A DNA stretch of 63,979 nucleotides, counting the filler, from Malassezia furfur (Eukaryota): NCBI GenBank assembly GCA_052055015.1. It is 17 parts of 17 records of this genome, joined end to end, with 100 filler letters (N's around TTAATTAATTAA, not from the genome) between each part and the next. Parts side by side here need not be neighbours in the genome. Positions count along the whole stretch, not along the records: positions 45,904 to 49,582 come from JBQJIT010000742.1; positions 49,683 to 53,360 come from JBQJIT010000743.1; positions 53,461 to 57,123 come from JBQJIT010000744.1; 14 more parts are not named here. The stretch is one strand, 5' to 3'. Position 1 is the stretch's first letter. Every line of letters starts with the position of its first letter. The notes under the pieces were generated by a model that was given only the letters and a program-made list of their open reading frames with translations, made no database searches and was not told the origin of the DNA. Shown piece by piece: positions 47,299-57,223 of the stretch. A program made the position numbers and the translations under genes.

Positions 47299-48282
47299 AT
47301 GGGCGCCGAAGCGGCGCGCCGCATCGAGCGCGTGGTGTACGACGGGTACGACATCCGTGCCTGGTACACGAGCCCCTACCCACTCCATGAGGAGCTCAAC
47401 CAGGCGACGCTGTACGTCTGCCCGGGCTGCTTCAAGTACATGACCACGCCGGCGACGCTGCAGGCGCACCGGCGCACCTGCGCCTTTCGGCACCCACCCG
47501 GCCGCCGCGTGTACCAGCGCGGGGCACACATCATCTGGGAGGTGGACGGGGCGCAGGAAAAGCTCTATGTACAGAACCTGTGCTTGTTTGGCAAGCTGTT
47601 TATCGACCACAAGACGGTCTACTTTGACGTGGAGCCGTTTGTGTGCTATGTGCTGACCGATGCAACGAGCCAGTTTGACCACGTCCTCGGCTTCTTTTCC
47701 AAGGAAAAGGTGTCGTACGACGACTACAACCTCGCGTGCATCGTCGTCTTCCCGCCGTACCAGCGCAAGGGGTATGGCACACTGCTCATGGAATATAGCT
47801 ACTACCTCTCGCGCAGCGCCGCGGTCGCTGGCACGCCGGAACGCCCGCTTTCGGCGCTCGGCCTGCGCGGCTACGTGGCGTTCTGGACGGCGCAGGTGGT
47901 GCGCACGCTGCAGCTGGCATACACGCCCACGGCGCCCGCCGCGCCGCGCCAACGGGCGATGCTCGCTGGCACACCCGTACCGCCTGCCGCCGGTCCGCCC
48001 AAGCGGCGCAAGACGGTACGTGGCTGGGCCGGTGAGGTGGTCAAGGACACGCCGGCCGCGGTGGAGGCGCCGCCTTTGCCGCCGCTGCCGCCCACGACGA
48101 CGCTCGAGCGGTTGGCGGCCGCCGCCGGGCTACGCGTCGACGACACGACGCTCGGCCTTGCGCACGCCGGCCTGCTCGCCGAGCGCGACGGCCGCCTGCA
48201 CCTTTCGTACGCGGCCATTGAGGCGGCAGCGCAGCGCCTTCGTCTCAAGCCGGCCATCTTAGACGAGGCCTACTTGCTATAG
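47299..48282 (+). CDS. MYST-family histone acetyltransferase without chromodomain (Sas2-like)
   Basis: WYTSPYP, C2HC finger, QNLCLFGKLFIDHKT, GFFSKEK, PYQRKGYG and GTPERPLS. Confidence 0.92.
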   Translation: MGAEAARRIERVVYDGYDIRAWYTSPYPLHEELNQATLYVCPGCFKYMTTPATLQAHRRTCAFRHPPGRRVYQRGAHIIWEVDGAQEKLYVQNLCLFGKLFIDHKTVYFDVEPFVCYVLTDATSQFDHVLGFFSKEKVSYDDYNLACIVVFPPYQRKGYGTLLMEYSYYLSRSAAVAGTPERPLSALGLRGYVAFWTAQVVRTLQLAYTPTAPAAPRQRAMLAGTPVPPAAGPPKRRKTVRGWAGEVVKDTPAAVEAPPLPPLPPTTTLERLAAAAGLRVDDTTLGLAHAGLLAERDGRLHLSYAAIEAAAQRLRLKPAILDEAYLL

Positions 48283-49420
48283 GGTATCCTGGTGCTCTCC
48301 TCCCAGCTGGAAGCGGCGCTTTTGCCGTGCGTGTGTGCGGCCTACGCGTCCGGACCGTGAAGATGGCGCGCTCCGGATCGCGACATGCCGCGATTTCCGG
48401 GTATAGGGCGAAAGGGTGTGGTTGGCCTTGAGCAGCTCGGCGAGATGGCCCGCAATGTCCATGTTCTCGAAGCGCGGCTCTGCGCGCGAGCGCAGCGGCG
48501 TGCCGATCGGCATCTGGGGCGCACGCACGCGGCTCGTCGCATGGAAGGTGCGCGCCTTGCCCGAGGCCGTCGGCGGCGCAAACAAATCCGCGAGACCATG
48601 CGGACTGTTTTCCGACGCAAGCCGCGCGAGGCCGCTGGGGTGCGACGGCGCGCGCGGCAACGCGTCATCAATCGACAGCATCGACAGCGGCTCCTCTACG
48701 CCGTCGTTCCACCCGGGCGCAGGCGCGGGCGTGCGCGCTTCGGGCGCGCGCGCTTGGCCCTTGTCCTCCTTGGGTGGAGGCACATTCGTGCGCAGCCAGT
48801 CCTGGCTGAGCCGGTGGATGATCGACGGGAGGTCTTCGCGGAACATTTCGCGCAGCTGCGCCTCGATCTCTTCCTGTAGATACTTTTGGATGACGCCCAC
48901 GCTGTCAAACGTCGACGACACCCGCACGCTCTCGAGTGGATCGTTCTTGAATACGAGCGTGACGCCCTTGCTGCGCGATACGGCGAGCACGACAATGGCA
49001 CGCAGGCGCACGTCGGAGAGGCGCACGCGCATCGGTACGGTCAGCGGACTCGCGGCAAACAGCATGCCGCGCTGCGCGGCCGGCGACGAAAACAGACCCA
49101 TCCCGGGCTCGTTGGGTCGTGCAAGCGGATTCGCCTGCACCTGCGTGGACAGCTCGAGGTACGCGTCGCCGGCGTACATCAGCTTGAAAATGCCGCGGAA
49201 TCGCTCGCGGCTCAGGTCGCCAATTTCGAGAATCTCGAGCTCGGGCGGCTGCGTGAGCGGCCGAGATACGTACCACCGTGCCCATGTTGAGCTCCTTTAC
49301 CTGGATGTCGCCGGCGATGACTTTGGGTTTGGGGCCGCGGTTCAGTGCGACGTTCAATGTGGATATGGCATTCTCGTAGAAGTGGCCCGAGAACGTCGGC
49401 CACGCAAAGTTGAACGACAT
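48277..49420 (-). CDS. MDM34: ERMES subunit Mdm34; 25-nt intron 49249-49273
   Basis: MSFNFAW, spliced LNMGTV-PPELEILEIGDL, LVFKNDPLESVRVSSTFDS and LPSIIHRLS. Confidence 0.93.
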
Positions 49421-49682
49421 GCGCGCAACGCACGCCCCGAATCGAGGTCGCTACGAACGTTACACGTGACCGTGGCGGGGATGGGAGGGGATGCGGCGCT
49501 TCGGCATGAAGATGGACGACGCCGGCTCGGGCGCGGGGCGTTTTTGTACACGGGCGGGTGACGAGGCAGAGGATGCGGGTGGNNNNNNNNNNNNNNNNNN
49601 NNNNNNNNNNNNNNNNNNNNNNNNNNTTAATTAATTAANNNNNNNNNNNNNNNNNNNNNNNNNNNNNNNNNNNNNNNNNNNN

Positions 49683-52651
49683 CCCCAGCGCTGGATGCCG
49701 CGCAGCAGCACACGCAGGTCGCGCTCCTTGAGCTCGAGCGAGCGCTGCCCCTGCGTCTTGCGCACCGCCGCCTTTTTCGCCGGCTTGGCCTCCACCTCGT
49801 CGTCGGCCTCGGCGGCGCTGGCCGTGGCGCTGGCGCTGGCGCTCGCGACGGCCGCACGCCGGCGCGACGACGACGCGGCGATTGCGCTCTCGACCGCGCG
49901 CTGGCGCTCCTCCTCCTCGGCCTTGACGCGCTCCTCCACCGGGATGATGTCGTCCCAGGAGACGTCGTCCGCCTTGAAGTCTTGCACCTGCGCAAACTGC
50001 TGCAGGAAGCCCTCACCACCCGACGAGGTGGTGTTGTTCTCGACCTCGGTCTCGCGCGCCTCGGCGTGCGTGAGGATCTCGTCGAGGTCCATCTCGTCGA
50101 GCTTCTTCTGCTGGCCGGCCTCGTTGTCGCTCTTGAACATGCTCTGGGCGCCAAACTTGAGGATCGCCCCCAGCTCCTCGCGCGAGAAGTTCTGCGAGTT
50201 TTTGTTGAGCGCGTTCGGCGCAAAGTTGGTGCCCGAGGTGTCCATCTGGTGGATGATGGCGTACTCGAGCACCATCTTGCGCTTGGCGCGCTCCAGCACA
50301 TCCTCCTCGACCGTGCCCTTGGTGAGGAAGCGGAAGACGCTCACGTGGAACTTGCTGTTCAGGCGGTGCGCGCGCGACATGGCCTGCAAGTCGTTCTGCG
50401 GGTTCCAGTCGCTGTCGAAGATGACCACCGTGTCGGCTGTCTCGAGGTTGATGCCGAGGCCACCGGCGCGCGTCGACAGCAGGAAGCAAAAGTCGGGCGA
50501 GTTGGGCGCGTTGAAGTGGTCGATCGCGCGGTTGCGCGTCTCGGAGGAGACGGTGCCGTCGAGGCGCTGGTGCACGTAGCCACGCAGCGACAGGTAGTCC
50601 GAGAGGATGTCGAGCATACGCACCATCTGGCTGAAGATGAGCACGCGGTGGCCGTTGGCCTTGAGCCGCGCGAGCAGCTTGTCAAGCAGCACCATCTTGC
50701 CCGAGTGCATAATCAGGCCGCGCAGCGTCTCCTCGCGGCTCTGCGACGGGGCCTCGGCGCCGTCGAACAGGTACGGGTGGTTCGACGCCTTCTTGAGCTC
50801 GATCGCAATGTTCAGCAGGGAGAACTGGGTGGAGGTTGCGCCGCTGAGCAGCGCATAGTTGCGCGTGAGAATCGCCTTGTACATGCGCTGCTGCATCGCC
50901 GACATCTCGACGCGGAGGATCTGCTCCGACTTGGTCGGGAGCTCCTTGACGACGTCGCGCTTGAGGCGGCGGAGCATGACGTTCTCGAGGCGCTGGTGCA
51001 GCTCCTGGATCTTGGCCTGGTCGACGCTGTTGATGTCAAAGTCGCTCTCCAGGTCAAACTGGTCAGGGCGCAGGAAGTGCAGCAGCGCCGTGAGCTCCTT
51101 GACGTTGTTCTGCAGCGGCGTGCCGGTGATGAGAAGCTTGCCCGCGCAGTGGAAGGAGTAGAGCGCTTCGTACAGCTGCGACTCGGCGTTCTTCAGGCGG
51201 TGCGCCTCGTCCACCGCAAGGAACTGCCACTTGATCGGCTGCAGCTCCGCACGGTCCTTCAGAATGAACTCGTAGGTAGTGAGCAGCACATTGATGCGCA
51301 TCTTGCGCACCGGGCCAAACTCGTACTCGCGGATCACTTCGCGGCTGCGCGAGTTGCCCATGTACGCAATCACATTCATGTCCGGCGCCCAGTGCTCAAA
51401 CTGCGCCTGCCACGCGGGCAGCGTCGAGAGCGGCACGACGACCAGCATCGGGCCGTACTGGTAGCAGGAGTGGAAGAGGTACGAGAGGAAGGCCACCGTC
51501 TGCACCGTCTTGCCGAGACCCATCTCGTCGGCAAGGATCCCGTTCTCGTTCTTGCTCCAGAGGTACGCGAGCCAGTTGAGGCCGGTCATCTGGAAGTCCT
51601 TGAGCGTGCCGTGGTCGCCGATGTACTTGGGTTGCTCCGTCATGCGCACGTACGGCGGCCGCCCGCGCGAAAACGTCTCGCTGCGGCTCGGCACCGTGAC
51701 CGCCGTGGCGCGCCGCAGGTAGGCATCGATCGCAGGGCGCGCAATCGGCCCAATCTCCTCTTCCGACTCCCACGAGCAGTCCGCGTAGCTCAGGCCCTTC
51801 CACTTGCACAAAAAGGCCAGGTGGGGGTACGGCACGTCCTTCGTCGGCGCATTGTCGCGCTGCGCAATCACGCGCTCCACCGTGCGGTACGAGGCAAGCA
51901 GCTCGCGCTGCCGCTCGCGCTGGATCTGCAGCGTCTCGAGGTCTTCGCGCGTCGCTTCGGGGTTCGTCGAGATGTCGTGGATCGGCTGCCAGACGCTCTT
52001 GATGTAGTTGTTCACGCGCTTGAAGCCAGGGAAGCGCTTCAGGAAGTCGTACAGCTCGTGCGTGTCGTGGAGGTGTGAGTAGCCCTTCCACTTGATCACG
52101 AAACGCATGTTCTCCATGGGGACGTCTTCGGGGTCGTCGAGGTGCGCCTCATCCCGCTCGTGCCCAAACACGCCCTCGATCTGGTCCTCTTCGGTGTCCA
52201 CGACGGGGGCGGCGGCCGCCTCGACGCGGTCCTCAAAGGGGTCGTCTTCGTCGCTGATCTCGTGGTAGTCCTCGGTATAGTTGGTCACTTTGCGCCCGTT
52301 CCGGCTCGACATGCGCACGGCCATGCCCCACTCGCTCTGCTCGGGCGCACTGCGTCGGCGGCGCTTTGCAGGGAACGCGTCGTCGTCGTCGTCGTCGTCG
52401 TCACCGTCGGCGTCGTCGCTCGCGTCGTCACTTGGCACAGCGTCGCTCGTCGCGCGCTCCTCCTCGCTCGCGTCGCTCTGTGCGTAGGAGCGGCGCGCCG
52501 GCGCACGTCCCGAGCGGCGCAGACCGTACAGGTCTGGGTTGTTTTCCGCGTCGATGAGCTCCTGACGCGCGTGTCGTCGCGACTCAGAGGAGGTAGCCGC
52601 GGCGACCGGGGTCGGGGTGCGGTGCTCCTCCGCGCCGTGCCCCACATCCAT
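49683..52651 (-). CDS. CHD1: Chromodomain helicase Chd1, 3' truncated; start uncertain (frame open to 53131)
   Basis: Tandem chromodomains, [27 protein letters not shown] and [18 protein letters not shown]. Confidence 0.96.
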
Positions 52652-53256
52652 CTCACTCGGGCCTGCAGGCGCTGGAGGGTCAGTGGGCCGTACGTACACG
52701 CCATTCTCGCCCACGCCCGTGGTCGTCGTCGTTCGCGCCGAAAACGTCGTGCCGAGCACGCCGAATTCCACGTGGGATGCGCTGCTCGCTATCCGCCGGC
52801 GCGCGTTCGCTACCTGCCTCTCGGCCGCAGCCGTGCCCAATCCGATCTGGAGTGGATCGGGCGCGGCGGGCGGCGCCCCACCGCACGGGGTGGGCGCGTG
52901 CGCGGCGCCGCAAGGACCGACGGCGCGGACGAGGATGGGATGGATGCGGCGGTGTTTTCCGCGGCGAGGCACTGCGCCGTGGTGCAGACCGCCTGCAGGG
53001 TCTATGTAGGTAGGTAGGGAGAGTGGGAAGGTAGGCAGGCCTGTGCACGAGGAGTGCCTATGGGTCTCGGTGTGTTCTTTTTTTCTTGCGTGTGCCAGCG
53101 GGCGCCAGCGGCCGTGGCTCGTGCCCGACACGGCGGTGCCAACGCGAGTGGGGCCGGGGGGACGCCGCGTACGAGGCGGTGAGCGGTGCGCCGGTGCGGT
53201 GTCTGCGTCGCCTCCACACGCTCCCGATGCCCAGATCGGCCGAGCGACCCCCCACC

Positions 53257-53360
53257 ATGGTAGGTCGTGGAGACTGACGGCAGTCGAATACCTTGCGGCC
53301 GTACCTGGAGTGCGTGCGTGCGTCGCTCACGGCGGCGCTCACGCTGCAAGACTTCTCGTC
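53257..53360 (+). CDS. ARC19: Arp2/3 complex subunit 4 (ARPC4), 5' end; first coding exon is only ATG, followed by a 24-nt intron 53260-53283
   Basis: Spliced [26 protein letters not shown] is the conserved ARPC4 N-terminus. Confidence 0.88.
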
Positions 53361-53523
53361 NNNNNNNNNNNNNNNNNNNNNNNNNNNNNNNNNNNNNNNN
53401 NNNNTTAATTAATTAANNNNNNNNNNNNNNNNNNNNNNNNNNNNNNNNNNNNNNNNNNNNCGCGAGGAAGTGCCACGTGCTTCCGAACCGCCGTCGCGGA
53501 CGTGGCTCGCAGGCGTGTGGAAG

Positions 53524-55171
53524 ATGACGGCGAACGACGTGCTGAGTGATGCCATCGCCGCACGCAAGCTCACCGAGGAGCCGCTGCTCGCGCCGCCCGC
53601 GGATGCGCCCCCCGCGGACGCCGCGCCGGCGCCCGAGCCGGCGCCCAAGGAGGTCGAGCACAACTTGCCCCGTGCCATCGAGCAGTTCCAGCAGCCGGTA
53701 CGTGCGCCCACCGCTTACTCCAGTGGCTTTCAGGCGAGGCACCAACACTCCGCCTGTGCGCGGTGCGCATCCAGGGACTGCGCAACGTGCGCCCGTCGTT
53801 CCTCGCGGGCCTGTGCCGCCCGTACGTCGACGCAAGCAGCGGCGTCACACCGTTCAGCGCGTGGTGGTACGGCGAGCGCGCGTCGCACGCGCTCCCGGGC
53901 GAGCCCACGACGTTCAAGTCGCTGCTCGACATCACGACCGCGCTCGGCGGCGACCTCGCGCGCCTCGACCTGGTGCGCGACATTGCCGCGAGCCTCGAGC
54001 CGTCGCAGATGTCGAGCGGCCATCCGGAAGAGGACGTGGACCTCGTGCTGCGCGTGCAGCCCGCCAAGCGCTTCTTCCTCAAAACCAACACGAGCGTCGG
54101 GCAAAGCGAGGGCACCGCGTCGATCCAGGGCAAGGTGCGCAACGTGTTTGGCGGCGCCGAAACGCTCGAGGGCAGTGCCACGCTCGGTACCCGCACACGG
54201 CACGCGTACAACGCCGTGTTTTCCACGCCCGTGCTCGCGTCGCCCGACGTGTGGGCGAATGTGTCGGCGCTCGCGCAGCACCGCGACTTGACCGGCTACC
54301 TGAGTGCACACGAGGGACTGCATACACTGCGTGCCGCTTGCATGGTACGTGCGCCCGACTGACCGCAGATGTTGGGCCAAGACGGCATGCGCAACGAGCT
54401 CGCCTACGAGGCGAGCCACCGCCACTTTCACCACCTGCTGCCGCGGGCCTCGGTCGCGTACGTCGGCACTCGCTGACTCCAGGATAAGGCGTCTTGCGAA
54501 GCCCTCGTTCAAGTCTGCCCTGACGTACTCGGCGGAGCTCGATACCCGCGACGACCCTTTTATGACGACCACCGGGAGCTACTGGCGCGGCATGCTGGAG
54601 TATGCGGGCCTCGGCGGCGACACGTCGTTTGTCAAGTCCGAAGGCTATGCTACGGTCGCGCGCGCCTTTGGCCAAGGCTGGGCCTGGTCGGTCGGCGCGC
54701 GTGCGGGGTGGATGCACACGCTCGACGGGCGGCCCGCGTGCCTGAGTGACCGCTTCATGCTCGGTGGGCCGACGGACGTGCGCATGTTCCGCCTCAACTC
54801 GCTCGGGCCCCGCGAGGCGTACGACTCGCTCGGCGGCGACGCCTACTGGGCTGCGGGCGCCTCGCTCCTCGCCCCCATCCCGGCGCGCGCCGACTGGCCG
54901 CTCAAGCTGCACGCGTTCGCGAACGCCGGCCAGCTGACGCAGGCACAGAGCTGTACGTTCCTGCGCGCGCCGCGCACTGACCACAGACCTACCGGGCACG
55001 CCCGCGTCCTATACCGAGCTCTTGCAGCCGTCTGCATCGATGGGCCTCGGCCTGCTCTTCCAGCAGGGCCCGGTGCGCCTCGAGCTCAACTTCGGCCTGC
55101 CCGTGCTCGCGCGCCGCTCCGACGGCACGCGCAAGGGCCTCCAGTTTGGCATCGGCCTCGAGTTCCTGTAG
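53524..55171 (+). CDS. SAM50: Sam50/Tob55 (Omp85 family); introns 53698-53723, 54345-54368, 54458-54482, 54953-54986
   Basis: RNVFGGAETL, DRFMLGGPTDVRMF, LGGDAYW, RLELNFGLP and terminal GLQFGIGLEFL after splicing. Confidence 0.92.
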
Positions 55172-55252
55172 CACGCACCATGCCACGTGGCTTACATAAC
55201 GTACCCCGATGGCGGGGCTGGTCACGCCCTGCTCGCGGCCGCGACAGCCAAG

Positions 55253-56983
55253 ATGGCCGACCGCGCACCCCCGAAAGCGTACAGCAATGCTCCGGCAAAG
55301 TACAGCCAGAACGGCGCAGCGGCCGCACACACCAAGCAGAGCAGTCCGTCGCAGGACGCGCTCATGTACCCCGCGCTGCACCTGTACCCGCTGAACGACA
55401 CGTTTGTGCCGAAGCAGATCAACCTCGCCCCGCCCAGCGCGCAGAACCGCGTCAAGATCGGCCGGTACTCGAACGCAAAGTCGGTGCCGAACCCGCTGAA
55501 CGGCTACTTTGACAGCAAGGTACTCTCGCGCGCGCACGCCGAAGTGTGGAGCGAGAACGACAAGGTGTACATCAAGGACGTCAAGTCGTCCAACGGCACC
55601 TTTGTCAATGGCACGCGCCTATCGCCCGAGTCGCAAGAGTCGGAGCCGTATGTACTGCATACGGACGACGTGGTGGACTTCGGGATCGACATCCTCACGG
55701 ACGACAACAAGGAGATCCTGCACCACCGCGTCGCCTGCCGCGTCTTCTTGGTGATGACGCCCGAGGACGCGCTGAAGCTGCGCAACGACTTCACCAGCCT
55801 GTACCGCGGCGGCGTGCCGGGTGGCGCGCTCGGCAACGCAGGCATCTGCCCGGGCGCCGAGGGCGGCCTGCGCCGCGGCAAGCCAGGCGTCAACTTTGAC
55901 CACGTCATTTTCCGGCTGCAGAACGAGCTGCAGAAGAGCAAGATGGTCGGCACCGAGCTCTCATCGCTCAGCAGCACCATCCAAAACATCCACGAGACGC
56001 TCGGCGGCGGCGCCGCGCCCACGCAGAACGCGCCGTATCCGCAGCTCGTCCCGCCCCAAGGGGCGTCGCAGCCGCCTGCCAAGGATAGCAGCGAGACACG
56101 CAGTGTGGACGCGGCTGCCTTTGTCTCGCTCGAGGCGCAGCTCAGCAGCACGCACGCCATGCTCGCGAGCCATGTCGAGCGCATCAAGGGCCTCGAAACC
56201 ACGCTGGCCACCTACGAACACGTCTCGGACGAAGTCGCAAACTTGAAGCAGCAGCTCGAAGATACCAAACGCGGCCTCAACCTGCCTACGGACAACGAGA
56301 AGACGAACGCGTGGCTCGCCTACGGGCTGCCATCGCGCGTGCGCCGCGCCGACGACGACGACGCGGCCAGCATCACCAGCGTGGAAACCGCCACACCCGA
56401 TGCTCCCCAGGAGACGTCCCGCGACGACGCATCCCATCACGATACACCGATCGACGAGCCGACACGCGAAGCGCCGGCACCCCCTGCCCAGGACGAGACG
56501 CGCGTCACTCAGGAGGAACACGCGGCACTGCTGGCCCGCGTCGAGGCGCTCGAGCAGCGCCTGAGCGAACGCGAAGCGTCTGATCCGTCGTCGCGCATCG
56601 CATCGCTCGCCGAGCGCCTCGCCCGCCTCGAAAACAATCTGCAATCCCGCGAGGCCACCGAGACCGCCGCCGTGTCGCACGAGCAGCAAGAGTGGCGCCG
56701 CACGCTCGAGCAGCAGTGGGACGCCCATGCGCGGCACTGGGCGCAAGAGGAGGCCAAGATCAAGTCGGTGCTGGACACATGGAGCAACCCGAGCACGCCG
56801 CGTGTCGCATCCACCGAGCGCCTCGGTGCGCCCATGCCGGAAAAGGAGTGGTCTACGGTGCACGAGTCCAAGGCGTCGATGCCGCACCGCCCTACTGCGC
56901 CAGCGGACTCGACGAACTTGTGGATGACGCTCGGACTGACCTTTGCGATCTGCTCAAGTCTCGTGGCGCTGCTGCGAAGCTAG
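55253..56983 (+). CDS. FHA-domain, coiled-coil, tail-anchored protein (Far9/Far10/Vps64, SLMAP-like STRIPAK subunit)
   Basis: KIGR..NGYFDSKVLSRAHAEVW..IKDVKSSNGTFVNG and a hydrophobic C-terminal helix. Confidence 0.88.
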   Translation: MADRAPPKAYSNAPAKYSQNGAAAAHTKQSSPSQDALMYPALHLYPLNDTFVPKQINLAPPSAQNRVKIGRYSNAKSVPNPLNGYFDSKVLSRAHAEVWSENDKVYIKDVKSSNGTFVNGTRLSPESQESEPYVLHTDDVVDFGIDILTDDNKEILHHRVACRVFLVMTPEDALKLRNDFTSLYRGGVPGGALGNAGICPGAEGGLRRGKPGVNFDHVIFRLQNELQKSKMVGTELSSLSSTIQNIHETLGGGAAPTQNAPYPQLVPPQGASQPPAKDSSETRSVDAAAFVSLEAQLSSTHAMLASHVERIKGLETTLATYEHVSDEVANLKQQLEDTKRGLNLPTDNEKTNAWLAYGLPSRVRRADDDDAASITSVETATPDAPQETSRDDASHHDTPIDEPTREAPAPPAQDETRVTQEEHAALLARVEALEQRLSEREASDPSSRIASLAERLARLENNLQSREATETAAVSHEQQEWRRTLEQQWDAHARHWAQEEAKIKSVLDTWSNPSTPRVASTERLGAPMPEKEWSTVHESKASMPHRPTAPADSTNLWMTLGLTFAICSSLVALLRS

Positions 56984-57039
56984 CGTGCGAGACGCGCGCC
57001 CGTTTTCTATCCACTGTATTATGTATGTAGCATCCGGAG

Positions 57040-57065
57040 CACACACACACACACACACACACACA
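57040..57065. repeat. (CA)13 microsatellite
   Basis: Read directly from the sequence. Confidence 0.9.
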
Positions 57066-57223
57066 TGCCCTGGCCTGGTCGGGAATAAGATATTTTGGTC
57101 GTGGCTACAGACAGACCAGCGACNNNNNNNNNNNNNNNNNNNNNNNNNNNNNNNNNNNNNNNNNNNNTTAATTAATTAANNNNNNNNNNNNNNNNNNNNN
57201 NNNNNNNNNNNNNNNNNNNNNNN

